From the human T2T-CHM13v2.0 reference genome, Homo sapiens, in assembly GCF_009914755.1 (NCBI RefSeq), contig NC_060938.1: a stretch of DNA of 64,000 nt; one strand, given 5' to 3'. The translations under genes and the position numbers were made by a program. Shown in pieces: positions 45,920 to 62,200 of this stretch. Each line of letters opens with the position of its first letter. Within the stretch, counting starts at the first letter, position 1. A model generated the notes under the pieces. That model worked only from the letters and a program-made list of their open reading frames with translations. It was not told the origin of the DNA and made no database searches.

Positions 45920-47960
45920 TAGATGGCTGTCGAACAAAGATTGGCTCCCTCTATGAATTTCTAAAGGCATTAAGGAGGCTGAGGGAAACCATCCTAATGT
46001 AAGGTCGCAATTCCTTGTCTAACACCTAACTCTAGGTTTATTTTCAGATCTGCAAGCCAGTGGCTGAAGGGACAGGCTGTTTCAAAGGAGGAAGAACTCT
46101 GAAAGTACACTGCAAGATCAGACAGAGTTATTCCCCTCAGGGATCTTTGTCAACTTACTCAGATATTAGCATACTGGGGAAAGAATTATACTCAGAGAGT
46201 TCAAGGATGGTTAGACTCAGGGTGAGTTGACACAGATACACCTAACAACCCAAAGCACCAGCGTGCTTCTTCCTTCTCAATTTTTTAATATGAGGTGATA
46301 TGGGGGCCACTAATAAAGGGAGTCCTGATCCAGATCTGGCCTACAATGGGTCCTCTGAGCCCACAGAATACCCCCAAGTGTTCACTTCCCTAGTCTTCAA
46401 AATGGACTTACTTGGTATTTGGTGGAACCCTCTCATGTCATATTATGCGGGATAAGTTATCATAGTAGAGAAAGCCAAGTAGAAGTCCTGAAATTTCCCC
46501 TTTCTTCCCATGTCATGATAGTGTACCAAAAATAATTCCTCATGGGAATACAGAGATGAGTGTCCCTCTCAAATTGCAAAGGGTGAGGGTGTGGGTGTGA
46601 TGGTCTCCATCACTGTAAATTTTATTAAGTAATCTGGCTTCTACCAAACAAACAAACAAACAAACAACTAGATAAATCCTTGAGTATATGTTATTCGTGG
46701 ACTGTCACAAATTCAACCAAGTAGTAACTTTAGCTTCAGTTGTTATACTAGCTGTTATCTCTGCCAAGCAGGTAACACAGTTTAGATACATGGTATCAAT
46801 GTGGTCATTCATCTGGAAAATGCCTTCTTTATCCGTAACAGGAGAGAGGAAAAGACCAAATGCAGCATGTACTCACATAGGAAGGACAATAGTCTGCTTC
46901 AAGGATGCTGTAACTCTATATTATCCAAATGCATGTCAACCATAATAGCTGCAAAATATCACATTGGTCTACTATATCAATGACATCCTGCTAATCACAT
47001 CAGATGAGCCAGAGTTGACAAGTACATCAGGGTCCTTGGTAAGATACAAATGCTCCATTAGATACAAGGATAACCATATGTCCTTGCAACATCACAGAAG
47101 TTTTTAGAAGTTTACTGCTCTGGATCATGCTAGAACATCTCTTTTTAACTAAAAGAAAACTTATCACACCTTGTACCTCCCATCACTAAGAAGCAAAGAC
47201 AATACCTGAAAGGCCCCTTTGAGTTCTGGAGGGAGCATATTCTGTATTTGAGAATACAGCTCTAATGTTTTCAGTGAATGAGACAGAAGACTACTGAAGT
47301 GAATTGGGGCTTGGGGTGGCAAATCAGTTTATGGAAGAACTGTTTGGGAGCTCTAGGCTGTGTACAATTAATCCTGTGGGGCTTGAGCTATATAACTTAA
47401 GAACCTATGGTTATCGAGGTATCCATAATGGGAAAAGACCCAGTGTGGATGTTATGACAAATACCAATAGGTAAAACGCAACATAGACCCTTGCTTTCTC
47501 AAGTTAAGTCCATGTCATTTGCCTCAGAGAATTATATATCATTAGAGAAACAGCTGCAGCATGTGCCCTGAATGGTAGGCACCATGAAGTGATCATATAT
47601 GTAAGCAAGACTTTTCATCGTAAGATGAGCTCTCTCAGACACACCATAAGTTAAGGGTAAACCAGCAGCAACCCAAGGGAAGATGGACATGGTATTCACG
47701 TTGTCACAAGCAGGGTGCAAGGGTACAAGTAAACTGTAGAAACAGGCAACTCAGACTCCTATGTCACCTATCATTTTTAACCAGCACCATTCCCTCAACT
47801 CATACCTATAACTAAGAAGGAGTGAGCTATCCCCACATTATCCAGCTGACAATAAAGAAACAAGCCCCAACCGGTTCACAGATGGAGCAACTCAGCATGT
47901 GGGTGTAAGCTGAAATGACTGTTGCTACACTATAATGCCACTTAGTAGTGGCTCTGAATA
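45920..47960 (+). mobile_element. ERV-L (class III) internal segment: protease, RT and RNaseH-region remnants
   Basis: Remnant peptides VDCHKFNQVVT (cf. VDYRKLNQVVT), IHLENAFF (cf. IDLANAFF), LVYYINDILL at ~46964-46993 (decayed YIDD) and IIVEKAK*K (cf. IMVGKAKWK). Many stops and frameshifts. Confidence 0.85.
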
Positions 47961-47967
47961 AACTTAA

Positions 47968-48080
47968 GTGGAGGCTGCAGTGAGCTGAGATCACGCCATT
48001 GAACTCCAGCCTGGACAACAAGAGCGAAACTCTATCTCAAAAAAGAATAATAATAAATAAAAATAAAAGTAAATAAATAA
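47968..48080 (+). mobile_element. Alu 3' fragment (Sq/Sp-like) with A-rich tail
   Basis: gtggaggctgcagtgagctgagatcacgccatt...caacaagagcgaaactc. Confidence 0.85.
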
Positions 48081-49181
48081 CACCATTGTGTTGATAATTT
48101 AATACATATAATTTAAAAGTATACTTTTAAAAGTAGTTTTTACAGAAACAAGAATAGGTTTCAAGTCACAAAATACTGTATTTTAAGGCAATAATAGTGA
48201 CCACTCTTGCAGTTGAAACTTCATGGTTATAGCTTATCAGGCAGTACTAATGAACAAATATGAATTATTTTAAAATAGCCCAAAACCAACTTTCTAGTGT
48301 GGCAGCTTATTAAATAATTTTGATAGTTAAACTAGACTGAAATAACACTGCCCTTATTATTTCTTCTGTCTGGTTTAAGTGCTGTTTGACAAGTCTTACA
48401 TTTAAAAGTTATTTGCAAATGGATGATGTCAGTTATTAAAATTATATTCATAGTGCATACCAGATATATGATACTATTATGGATAGATACACAGATAAGT
48501 AGATATAGTTTTTTATTCTGTTACATGCATTATTGAATATTATTTATAAATTCACATTGGTGTTTAAATTATTTTTATCTCCCAGAAAAATTTATGCTGT
48601 TTGTTTCTTAAAAACTTTATTTGCTGCTTTACTATTTTCAAAAATCATAGTTACTATTGAGGTCATCATAAGCAACAGATTAAAATATTTTAAAGCCACT
48701 ATTTTGAAATTTTATTCCTACACTGTACTAAGGCTTGATTATTTAAATTAATCTAATTTTAGTTATATCTAATTGAGGTCATCTAATTAATTACACCTGA
48801 TTAAAATTTAACAATAACAGTAATGAAAAATAATAAAATCAACATTAGAAAATTACCAAATGACAAATAAAGACATGTCAAATATTCATCATAGTGCAAT
48901 GATTTAATCTAACAATGACAATGTAAATCGCCATGGGAAGATTTGGTTAGGAGTTTAAATAGAAAAATAGGTGAGAGTAGCAGAAAATATGTTTATCTGT
49001 GAGTGTGATTAATTTCCCTACAGCCTTTGCTTTATTAAAAATATGGGTACATTTAATTTTTAAGAAATTTTTTATCAAACATAGCCAAATGAATATTCTG
49101 CTCTTTTTCACACATAAACCAATGTGTGACGAAATTTATATAAAATAACAAACACAAAAGACAATTTCTTAGCAATGCTCA

Positions 49182-49491
<310 letters not shown>

Positions 49492-50189
49492 AATTAATAT
49501 TTGCAATGCCCAACAGCAATTGCATTGTAGGAAGTTCAACACAAATAGCTGATTTCCCCGTCGCATTTTCAAAAGATGCAATCAGTTATTTGAAAGCAAT
49601 AACTCATGAGTCAAGATATAAAGGCAAAAAGGTCAAGTGAGAAATGAAAAAATTTAAGAGCAAAGTTTAAAATATTTATTTAATTGACATACACGTATAG
49701 AAGAAGCACCTGACCCTGACAGAGAATTCATATTCTTTTAAGAACACATGTAATTTATGTGAAAGACCACAGATAAGGCCATAAAGCAATAGATTTCAAT
49801 AATTGCATCAGATAAAAATACTCTCTATGTCTATGAAAAATAAATTTGGAAATCAATAACCGAAAGATAACTTTAAAACTTCATTTAAATATACACTTCT
49901 AAATAACTGATAGATAGAAAAATCAATAAAAATAAGAAATAGAATTTTAAAAACTAAAACAAAAAAATCTTTTTTCTTTAATGAGGTATGTTTTTTATAT
50001 TCCTATTATGTTTATTCTGTTTTATAGTATTTAATTACTTAAAATTATTTTCATTTAGCTTATAGATTTTATTCTTTTATCACTTTATGATTCTACCCTA
50101 AAAATCTAGAACTGTATAGGGTTTGAGATTGAAATACATTGTTATATATTTACTGCTATGCGCCAGTAAAAAGTGGTAACACCAAAACT

Positions 50190-50660
50190 CATACACCAGT
50201 AGGCATCTGTTGTTTTTATTTAGTATTTGTTGGTAACAGAAATCATATTTCCTTTGGGGAACTACATATTCTTAAAATGTATGGTTTGGAAGAAATTGGC
50301 ACTACTCATTCTCTAAAACATGGGCTGCTTTAACCCATTTATTGGTTTAATAAATTTTAACCAATTTATGTCCTTATCAGTAATAAGTGAACAAGGATAA
50401 GCATGTGTCCAAATCTTTGCTAATAACTACTAAACTTGGGACATTTAGTGGAAATGCTGTAAATGAGAGGCCATTTTTCCCCGGGGGTTGATAATCTCTT
50501 TCTGTGTGTCCCAAGGTGCCACTAACCACCTTGTCATCATAAATGGAGAGCCTCTGAGATGGCAGCCAAGATCTACATTTTAAGTTTCAATATCATGAGC
50601 CAATTCATTTTCTATTATCCCTAAATCATTTAGAAGGATTTTAAAAAAATATTTACAACT
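50190..50660 (+). mobile_element. Old MLT1-like LTR
   Basis: tttcctttggggaactac, catgtgtccaa, catgagccaattcattttc; weak similarity to the recalled consensus. Confidence 0.4.
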
Positions 50661-51329
50661 AATGATTTTAAATAATTATAAAATCACATGCTACTAAAAT
50701 AAAATGGAATACCCACAGGTTCCTAATCTCATAAGTTTTTTATTATGTCATGAAACTCCATAGGGTTGTGTATCCTGAGGAAGTTCTACAATTATTTTAT
50801 AGCTTCTTTTGTGAAAAGTAAAATTCAATATATTTGATACTTTCAATAACTAAAGTTTTATTGAGAAGTTTGAATTCATACTACAGCATTTACTTCCTTC
50901 AGAAACATCTCTAAGAAAATTAATATTACACGGTGCTTTTTAAAGGAATGTTTTCTTAATCCAGAAGGATATATATGAAGTGCTTTAAATGAACATATGT
51001 CAATCATTCACTCTGAGCAATCTGAAATGACACCAAAGTACTTGAAATGAAAGAGTTTCATTACAAATTCTGGTAATGAAATACAGTAGAACTCTTTTGG
51101 TTTATTGACAGAGATTTAGTATATTAAAACATAGCTACTAAATAAAAAATATAGTGTCATGTGATAGTTATTAAGTTAATGTAATCAACTCTAGGATTAA
51201 ATTTTGGAAAAAAAATTATTGGCTATGCCCTGCATACATGAACACTTAAAAGCTCCTAGACAGGTAAAGGTAGCTTAATGAGTCTTGCCCTCTTACCTGG
51301 TTTTCTACCTTCAAATTATTTAAGAAGAG

Positions 51330-52350
51330 AATTTGAAAGTAGAATGAGTCATCAAAGTAAGGAGTTATAGGCCTAGGACTAGAGAGCTTTCACTTTTCCT
51401 CTCTCCTTGCCATGGGAGAGAGGAACAGGCACTCTCTGGTGCATTCCGCTGAATTAAAGGGTTTTAAGAGAACCCTTCAGAAAGAGACCAGGGTTGCTAC
51501 AAGGAGAGATTGGCATCTATATGCCTGGATGGATGTCTGATTCATGCCTGGATAACTTTGTATCTTCCCAAGATGATGAGGCAGAGAACTGACCTCTTTC
51601 AGCACAAACCAAGCATCGACAGTTGTGGAAGTAACCAGACATGCGTTTTCCGGGGACTAGATGAATGAATGCTGAAGCAGATTACCAGGCTTGAAGCGTT
51701 TTGTGGGAGTCTGCCTAAGAAGGCTTCTTGAGAGGCTAAAAAGTAAAATATGGTGGGATAGACATCTGTTGAAAGGAGTTGGTAGCTTGAAGTATTAGAT
51801 AGAATATACTTCTTACGTCCGCAACCTATGCCATGGGGAGTTCCCACAGGGACACTGAAGAACGCACATATGCACCCCATAATGGAACAAGAACTTGTGA
51901 GCCTGCCATCATGGAAGATATGCTGAAAGTTTAGTGTTATCCAAGAAAGAACTACACTGTACCAGCTAGGGAAGAGAGATTTTTTCTATTTTACTATAAT
52001 GCTACATTGCTATTACACAAGCACTAGGGCTTTGTGGTGTAGGTGGGGCAGAGGAATAAAAAGTGAAATAAAAAGAAAACCTTAAGTAATTCATCATGCT
52101 CTCTTCCTAATTATGAGTCTCAGGGTCACATATTAGCCTTGAGAAACGGGAGAAAGGAGGGAGGGAGTCAGGTTATAATCAGTGAAAGAAAGGAAGAATT
52201 AAATTGATCCGAGTTTAAAATTTTGCATTGAAATTCACCTGAAAATGAGACTGTATTTATAGATAAAAGTGACTTGAAGGGTAAGGGTAGGAGAGAGAAG
52301 TCTGACAAAGCATTTGTATAAGCAATATAGTAGTTGAAATTATGCATTTT
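51330..52350. mobile_element. Possible ancient LTR (LTR78-like)
   Basis: Locally GC-elevated ~1 kb block ending gagtttaaaattttgcattg...gagactgtattt...aaaagtgac. Family assignment is tentative. Confidence 0.3.
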
Positions 52351-52399
52351 GGCCCTAGTTTAAAAAATTATTTATGGTATTAATAAAAATCACTATATA

Positions 52400-52995
52400 A
52401 CAACCTGAAGATTTTGATTTATCAATTATGAAGTGAGCTCAAAAATCTGTATTTTTTAAAGCTTATATGATAGAATATATGTATCTTAAATATGAAGTCA
52501 GTATCTTGATTAATGGGAAAGCACTAGAAAGTTCTCCACTGAAGTCATGAAAAGAACAAGTCAACAATCATTTCTAACATTGTCATAGATGAGAGATAGA
52601 GATAAAAGTTACAAAAATTGGAATGTAGAACTACCAATATTTGCACATGATAATACTGTATGTCTGAACAATCTGAGAGAATCAACCAAAAAAGTTACAA
52701 ATAACAAGAGAATTCAGTAAGATTAATGAGCACAAACTGGTTTACAGAAATGATTACTTATTTAAATTCAGGGAAAAAACACATTAGAAGATGCTACATA
52801 TAAAAGCACCCAAATGGCACTAGCAGGAACATGAAAGACCTCAATAGTTGGTAACAAACTTAGGAAGAAATGTGAAAAAGTAAATATGAAGAAAAGACTA
52901 CTGATAGATACAAAAGAAGTCTTCAATGGGAAAGCTCAACATCAGGTAATTCTACCTAATAATCTATAAATTTAAGGTAATCCCAATAATAGTGC
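52400..52995 (+). mobile_element. Old L1M ORF2 (RT region) remnant
   Basis: ttaatgggaaagcactagaaagttctccactgaagtca; atatttgcacatgataatactg (decayed FADD). Confidence 0.7.
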
Positions 52996-52998
52996 TAA

Positions 52999-53335
<337 letters not shown>

Positions 53336-54479
53336 TAAAAATGTGTAAAACAATTCATACTAATAGTAATAATAGTATTGTGAACATATCTTGTGAATAT
53401 AATTGTACAATATTGAGAACAACCTCATTCTCCATTATTTAAGCTTTCAAAAATTTGGAATCCATGCAATAGAAGAGTTTTTAATTAAAATGATAATGTA
53501 GATCCCTATTTTTGGCATTTAAAAATGAACGTAATGCTTTTGAGTTATATCTAACATAAAAAGTATATTCCCTCTATGTAAAATTGTGGAAATCTATCTG
53601 GCACAATATTAACAATGTTAGCAAAAATTATTTCTCTATTCAAAGCTTTTTGTTTTATTAATCTTATATTTTTCAGCATTATTTCAATTTCTGCAATAAG
53701 CTTATATTATGTTTACAATAAAAATAACACTATTTTTAAGTTTTTTATGTATAAAAAGGAATATGGTGGTAAAAGATAAATTAGAGAAACGCACCAAAAG
53801 AAAAAAAAAAAACAGAAAAGCAATTTAAATGGATAAAATAAGACTAAAGTTTCTAAAGCATTAAAGGGAGTATTAAAAAACATTGCATGTTAAAATAAAA
53901 TGTAACATTTACGAGGAAGATTGAAATAGCACATTAACTCTTCACTTTACGTGCCACCACACTGAAGTTAACATGTCAAAAGAAAAATGAGTTGGAACTA
54001 TGATGACAAAGGGAAGACTGAAACAACCCAGGAAAAATATTAATAAGGCTAAAGAATGTCCAAACAATATTTGATGCCACATAAAACATTATATAAGACA
54101 TACCCCAGTTTTACAAAATTTTGATATATAGTATGTGGTGCTGTATTTTCTTTAATATTAGTAATGACATCTTTGTGCTAAAATAGGTCTTTTATATCTA
54201 TGGTGTTTAATATGATCTAAATTTGATGAAAGTACACTCCTGCTCCAAAATACCTAGAAACCTCAGAACAAATTGGAAAGCAAAATGAAACAAAACAACC
54301 AGTTGTGGTATCTAAACCTAACTGGACTCTCAAGCCAAGAAATTGATGTTTATTTTAGCTGGCATTCTTTAGCACCTGCCTCAAATATCCTTTCACATGT
54401 TTCACAAAAGACCAGTAAAGTGAATATGTCTCATTTCATAGAAGCATTTGGCTCTATTGAACAATAAAGACTTCATTTC

Positions 54480-55100
54480 TGTGAACACCTCTTGTGTATG
54501 CCTGTCTATATCCCCATCCATCTTTTCTTCCTTCTCCACTGTTACAATGGAAAAGATGTATTTCCTTGTCTTTTCATGATCCAAAATCCTACTACTATCT
54601 CCTTAACATATTGCTCCAAAAATTATAATCTATCATATATTTTTTCTCTCCTAAATTTTCCAACTATATTTAAACATGCTCCCACATTTAAAAAGAAACT
54701 CCTTTAGTGCCCTTGCTCCTTGACTTGATTTTTCTCTCACAGTCAAATGAAAGACTGTCTGCATTTGTTTATGTCCCAGTTATTTCTCATTTACTCATCT
54801 ATGCACTGAAGAATAAGATCTTCCATATAATGCTCAAGAAAGCAATAGTATCCTTCTCATTAACTCTAATAGATTCTGTCCAATCATCTTATTTGATCTC
54901 TCCGCAGCATTTGATTCTATTACCATTCCCTTCTTGAAATATTTACTAAAATATTTACCTATGCTGTACCAACTTTCATTCTGTTAGTTTTTTAATATTT
55001 TACAAAAATTTCATTTCCTCCTCTCTATTAAATATAGATGTCTCTTGTGCTTTTTACCATTTCCATCTACTTTTAGCCTTCTTCCCTGATCCAAAGAACT
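54480..55100 (+). mobile_element. L2 fragments
   Basis: atcttatttgatctctccgcagcatttgattct...ccttcttgaaa resembles L2 RT LLDLSAAFD. Confidence 0.55.
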
Positions 55101-55323
55101 ATCATCTAAAAAAATTTTAAGAGAAAAATTTCAGTGTTCCAAGAGATTCACACCTACCCAGGAGAAAAATATCCAAAAGATATTCTAAAAGCACAAGGGT
55201 GCAAAAATATATTACTCAAGTATACATTCCTTAAAAATGCAAGTCTCAGATGTACTTCAGAAAGAACAATTTTAAAAGATAGAGGAAGTTCTAGCGGAAG
55301 ACTTTAGTTTTATGTTAGACAGC

Positions 55324-55748
55324 TGTGGTTGATTACATTATTTATTCAAAGTTATTATTCCCCTCTGACCATACTTCCCTGTAGGAGAAATATGTTTTCC
55401 CATTGAACTTTGGCTTGGCCATGTGACTTCATTTTCCAATTTAAAAATGACTTGACTGACATACAAACAATCAAAGCAGAAAGTTTACATGCATTTGCAT
55501 GGCTTCACTCTGCCCTATTCCTCTTCATCATGTGAAAAGCATGTACCTAAGAGTGGCGACTCCTTTTGCCTGGGTTCTAGATTGAGAAGTTACAAGGAGG
55601 TGAGCCTTGCTAAGTGCAATTGAGCCAAGACAACTCAGCATAGCTACAGCCAAACAGCTATTACACAACACAAGCAAGAAATAAATGTTTGCTGTTGCAA
55701 GACACTGAAATATTGGAAATGTTTTCTATCATGGCAGAGACTAATAAA
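55324..55748 (+). mobile_element. MLT1H/I-like MaLR LTR
   Basis: tgtggttgattacatt...cccattgaactttggcttggccatgtgactt...gaaataaatgtttgctgttgcaagacactga. Confidence 0.7.
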
Positions 55749-56795
55749 ATAATAAAATAGTTAAATATGTAGTTACAGCTGAATAAGTGTGTTGCTCAAA
55801 TACAATGCACATTTTTCAAAATGTTATGCATGAAAAGGATCATATGTATAATTCAGTTGTTCAGTATATAAATCATAGTAGATTTAAAGTTCTCACATAT
55901 TATCAAATACAAGGAAGTGAGTTAATAATAGATAAAGCATGTTGAATGTCCAATTTCACCTAAAGTATAGTGAAAATATAAATTATTATTAATTTTAAAA
56001 CTTAGAAAAATACTGCTTAAGATATAGGTAATGATATATAGACAAGAAAAATAAATTATAAATCACTAGAAGATGTTTTTTAAATAATAAAATGTATAGA
56101 GTATGTTGCCAGTCACATAAACCAAAGTACTAGCAAGAATAAAGTATGTTGATAATGATCATAATAATATTTAATGAATTATATAATGGCTAGTTGAATG
56201 CCTAATGTGCACTGAGTTTACAATTATGAATTCAATATACATTTTTCCAATCCTTATAAACTTGTGAATTAGGTACTATTTTAAGTGAGTGTACAATGTT
56301 TATGTAAACCTAAAACAAAATGACTGTTTAAACAAGAAACTGCTGTTTTCATGTCTAACGTTTAAAAAAGAAAATCATAAATACTTTATAAAATATTGAG
56401 AGTAGCAAAATTAACTTTACACTTATAAAGCAATGCAAAAATCTTAAAATGAGGAAAAGACTGTAGCTCTCCATTAGTAAATTAGATGGGTACATAGTGA
56501 AGATTAGTAATCATGAATATGTATTGGTTGGTAATGTAACATTAGAATACACAAAACTGAAATAACTAAAAATATCAGAAGAAAATGATACAAGTGCAAT
56601 ATTGGTAGAAGACTATAAAGTGATCTTGGTATATAACAGATATCAAAAATATATCAAAGACCAAAATAAGAAATAGTATATTTAGTATGATTATCACATA
56701 TGTCATAATTCATACTTTACTGAGTATAAACTCATTTTAAATAGCCCTGAAAAATCACAAGTGTTGAACAAAAAATAGATTATAAAAATAAACTC

Positions 56796-58260
<1,465 letters not shown>

Positions 58261-58715
58261 ATGAATGTGTAAAGAAATTGTGGTATATACTACCACAATT
58301 GGTAAATAATATGAATTATTTAGCCATAGCAGGGAAGTCCTGCCATTGGTGACAACATGGATGAACCTGGAGGACATTATGCTAAGAAAAATAAGCCAGA
58401 TACAAAAAAAGATAAACACTGTATCATGTAACTTAAGAAGTAGAATTCATAGAAACAGTGAACACAATGGTAGTAGCCAGTGGCTAGATGTTAAGGGGGC
58501 AGGGATGAGAATGTGTTGGTCAAAGGATACAAACTTTCAGTTTTAATATGAATAAGTTCTGGAGATCTAATGGACGGCATGGGTGGTGATGGATGTGTTG
58601 ATTTGACTGTGGTCATCATTACACAATGTATACATACATCAAATCATCATGTTGTACACTGTGAGTATATTAAATCCTTATTTGTAAATGAAAATATTTT
58701 GAAAAAACAAATAAA
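58261..58715 (+). mobile_element. L1MA-like element, non-inverted 3' end (L1MA8/9-like)
   Basis: atgaatgtgtaaagaaattgtgg...acatggatgaacctggaggacattatgct...gaataagttctggagatcta...catgttgtacac, A-rich tail. Confidence 0.88.
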
Positions 58716-58934
58716 TATAGATCTTAAAATACAAACTCTGAAATGTGGCTATCATATAAACAACAATCACTACAATCTTATGATACCCCAAAAAGACTAA
58801 TCATGTGTCAATCTTTAAACCCCAACTCAACTCCTTACCATCTGTAAATATAGTGAGTTAAAGAAGATACACAAAGTTCAATTATAGGCAATTTAAAAAA
58901 TAGCAACATAGAGAATATGACTTATTTCCATCTG

Positions 58935-59220
58935 TGTGTGTATAATATTAATATTAATATACTAAAAGTATGTGTACAAATGATTATGAGCATATATGGA
59001 TATATAGATGTAGTATATATGTATGTAAATATGTATTTATAGAGTGTGAGTGTATACACATACACACACAAAAAACTCATACACACATACACGTTTATAC
59101 ATGTGTGCATATATAGCATGTTTATATGTATAATTGTTTATGTGTATATATGATGCACACATTATATATATATATATATACACATATATGTATATACAAA
59201 CACACATATACATATATAAT
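58935..59220. repeat. Degenerate (TA)/(CA)/(TG) alternating purine-pyrimidine tract
   Basis: About 280 bp of tatatg/tacaca units including a (TA)n run at ~59163-59180. Confidence 0.85.
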
Positions 59221-62200
59221 TGCTCCATTTATTTTTGGTCAGTCTAGATATTATCTCACTTGGGTGAAATGGTTACTCCTCAGAGAATTAGCTATGGACA
59301 GTAGAGAATATGATTACTTAGAAGTCAGATGAACTTCCCTTTGAAGATAGGTACACAAACACTATAGCAAATAGCTCCTTCTGAATCTTAGATGTTGAAT
59401 ATTATAGGTTATACATAAAATTATCCAAAAATTTAAAACTTAACTTTAAATGTCTTCTTATTAAGTTAGAAAAAAAATATATTGATGTAAGCATTCAGTT
59501 TATAAAGGCAGAAAAAATGAAACAAAACCAACATAAGGAAAAGGATAAAAGCAAATACCAGTGAATTAAAACCAGAAAAGGTTAAGAATTGATAAAAATA
59601 GAAGTGTAAATATGTTTTATGAAGAAATATAATAAGTAAATATTATCTAGCCTGGAAATTTTACTTGAAAAACCAAAAACAGTAAATGAACATAACTGGA
59701 ATATTTTTAAAGTGACAAGTAGATTAAAAATGTAAGAAATGTAGCTACAGTAAACCATACAATAAAGGTGATAATCCAGTTGAAGCATAAGATAGTTAGA
59801 ATTATATGAACATAATTTTCTCATTGAATACCAATATCCTGGGTGGCTTGTTGTAAATGACTAAGTAACTACCTCCAAAAACATTTTGAAACCAAATAAT
59901 TTTATAGGAGAGTTATTTTCAACTTTTATAAAATAGCTAATATGCATTTTATATAAATTTTTCTGAACCATAGAAGACTTAATGAACCCAATTCACTTTG
60001 TGAAAGTAGCATATCTTGTATACTTAAACATTAGAACACAAAAGGGTTCAAGAAAAATTACAATCAAGAACAGGGAAGAAGAACATAAATTAAATAGAAA
60101 CATAAACTAGGCCATCTAATAGTGATTTCAATTAAGTTGGTTCTATATCTACAGTATAGGACAGTGAATTAAATCTACTAAATTTGATATATCATTAAGT
60201 CCTATTAAAAAGGTATATTTTGTAACTAAAAATGATCAGTACAATTGAGCAAACATTGCTGCTAAGAATTCTTACACAAAAGAAGAATTCTTAGAAAAAA
60301 ATAAAAATATTTTTCAAATGCATTAATAAAGGCACGTATCAAACAAAAGCAGAAGGCATATTCTTCCCAAATGCACATAGAACACTCACCAATATGGATA
60401 GCATTCTAAAAAATGTATCATCTGACAACTCAGGATAATAAGCATACAAACTATTACTTTCTATTAACAAAATTCAACTGTATATTTTAAATTATCCTGT
60501 GAGATATTTCAAATCAGAATTGGTTGATTTTAATTGCATTACTAAGACAAGTTTGGCCTGGCGAAAACTAGAGTGGAATATAAGACAAAAGGGAATTCTG
60601 GCTATTAAAACAATGAAATTGCTTCAGGTTTTCAGGGACACTTTTCCCCCTGCATCTAAGGTTTTTGAGAAACAAGCCAAGAATTGGAAAAGTTGAAAAA
60701 CATATGGCTGAGACTTGGGGCACAATAGGCATGTTTTTATGGCTTATGTATGTTTCTACCAAAATTTTTTAGAATAAGAAAGATTCTAAGTAATATTTTA
60801 AATATTTTCTGGTGGTGAAGTGGGAATAAATACCAAAAGGAAGGAGAGAGAGGCGAGAAGAAATGGACAGCCATTGACTGAACTGCCTGCCACGTATGCA
60901 CAGTACTAATAGAACAAGTTAGGAAGTTACCCGAACAGGTAATTCATATGAATGCCACTGTCTTTAGCATTCATAAACAGTCCCTTTACTCCCTAACAGT
61001 GCTTCATCTTCTCTTTTCTTGATATTTTTCCTATTTTCTCTTTTCTTGTATTGTTTTGCTCTTGACATTTTTACAGTCATAATTAACAGAAGAAAATATG
61101 AAAATACTCGAATGACAAGGAGACTAACAATGATTATTAGCCTTAATTAGTATACATAATATCAATAGTTCCACTTTTTGAGTTCTCGAAGTGTGCCACC
61201 CACTAACCTGGATGTTTTACATATGTTTCATATTCAATCTCCATAAAAGTTCTTTAAAGTTGTATTAGAATTCCCATTTGATCAAGGAAATTGTCATCAA
61301 AGGTCCACAAGTAGTCACTGGAAGAGTCAAAATCCTACTATATTGTTCCTTCCATTTCACTCTAATTGTCTCAAAATATCAAGTGTCTCCTGACTTGTAG
61401 CCTCCGCCTTTATGTACCTCTGAGAGATAACTAAAGAATTCCATATAATGATCATTAATTTTTAATCTATTATCAAGATATTAGGAATGAAAATTTCTAG
61501 TTAATTGCGCAGGTATGGAGGTGGAAGAATTCCCTGGGTTTCTGTGGTGGGTCATATTCCCTCCAGCATACGGGTCAGACTTTTGAAAAGAATTCAGTTA
61601 ATTAACTCCCTAGGCACTTCACACCATCTTAATTGCTCTATGGACCCAATATTGCATTTGGGAAGAAGCAAGGAGACATGCATTCTTTGTTTGGCTCAAT
61701 GTCAGATACTTTGATCAATGTTTAACATCTAAATGTGCGAATAATGTATCTCTGGGTTTATTTACTCAAACTTTGGTTGACTCTCATTGTTATATTTTTA
61801 AAGCATATTTTATACCAGGTAATGGGTCATTTTACCAACAGTGACATAGAATTTGTCTTCTATTAGGACTGTATCTCATAGAACCAGGGATGCTATTCAA
61901 CACATCTAACAATCATTACAGAGAAAAAGCAACAACCAATAAGAACAGAAACAAGAGAAGGGTACTGGATGGCTTTTGCTGTACCAGAAATTCCCCTTAG
62001 ATTGTAGAGAGGTCCTCAGAATCTTCAGGAAGTAGTCATAGTGGCAGGTAGCACAAAGGACCTTGAGGGGTTGGGACAGGAATTTTGCACCAACCAATGG
62101 GAAATTATTTCAATAGTTAACAGCTGACATAGGAGAGAGTCAGCCCTGCCTTAGCGCTACAGATTCTCCTAACTTACGTGATTGAGTTCCTGTATAGGTC

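Noticed and set aside
48735-48815. Dense TAAT/ATTA cluster as a homeodomain enhancer
   Set aside because: The very high local AT content explains it, and there is no independent support.
58922-59332. Tyr/Ile/Cys-rich ORFs
   Set aside because: They are translations of the TA/CA low-complexity tract.
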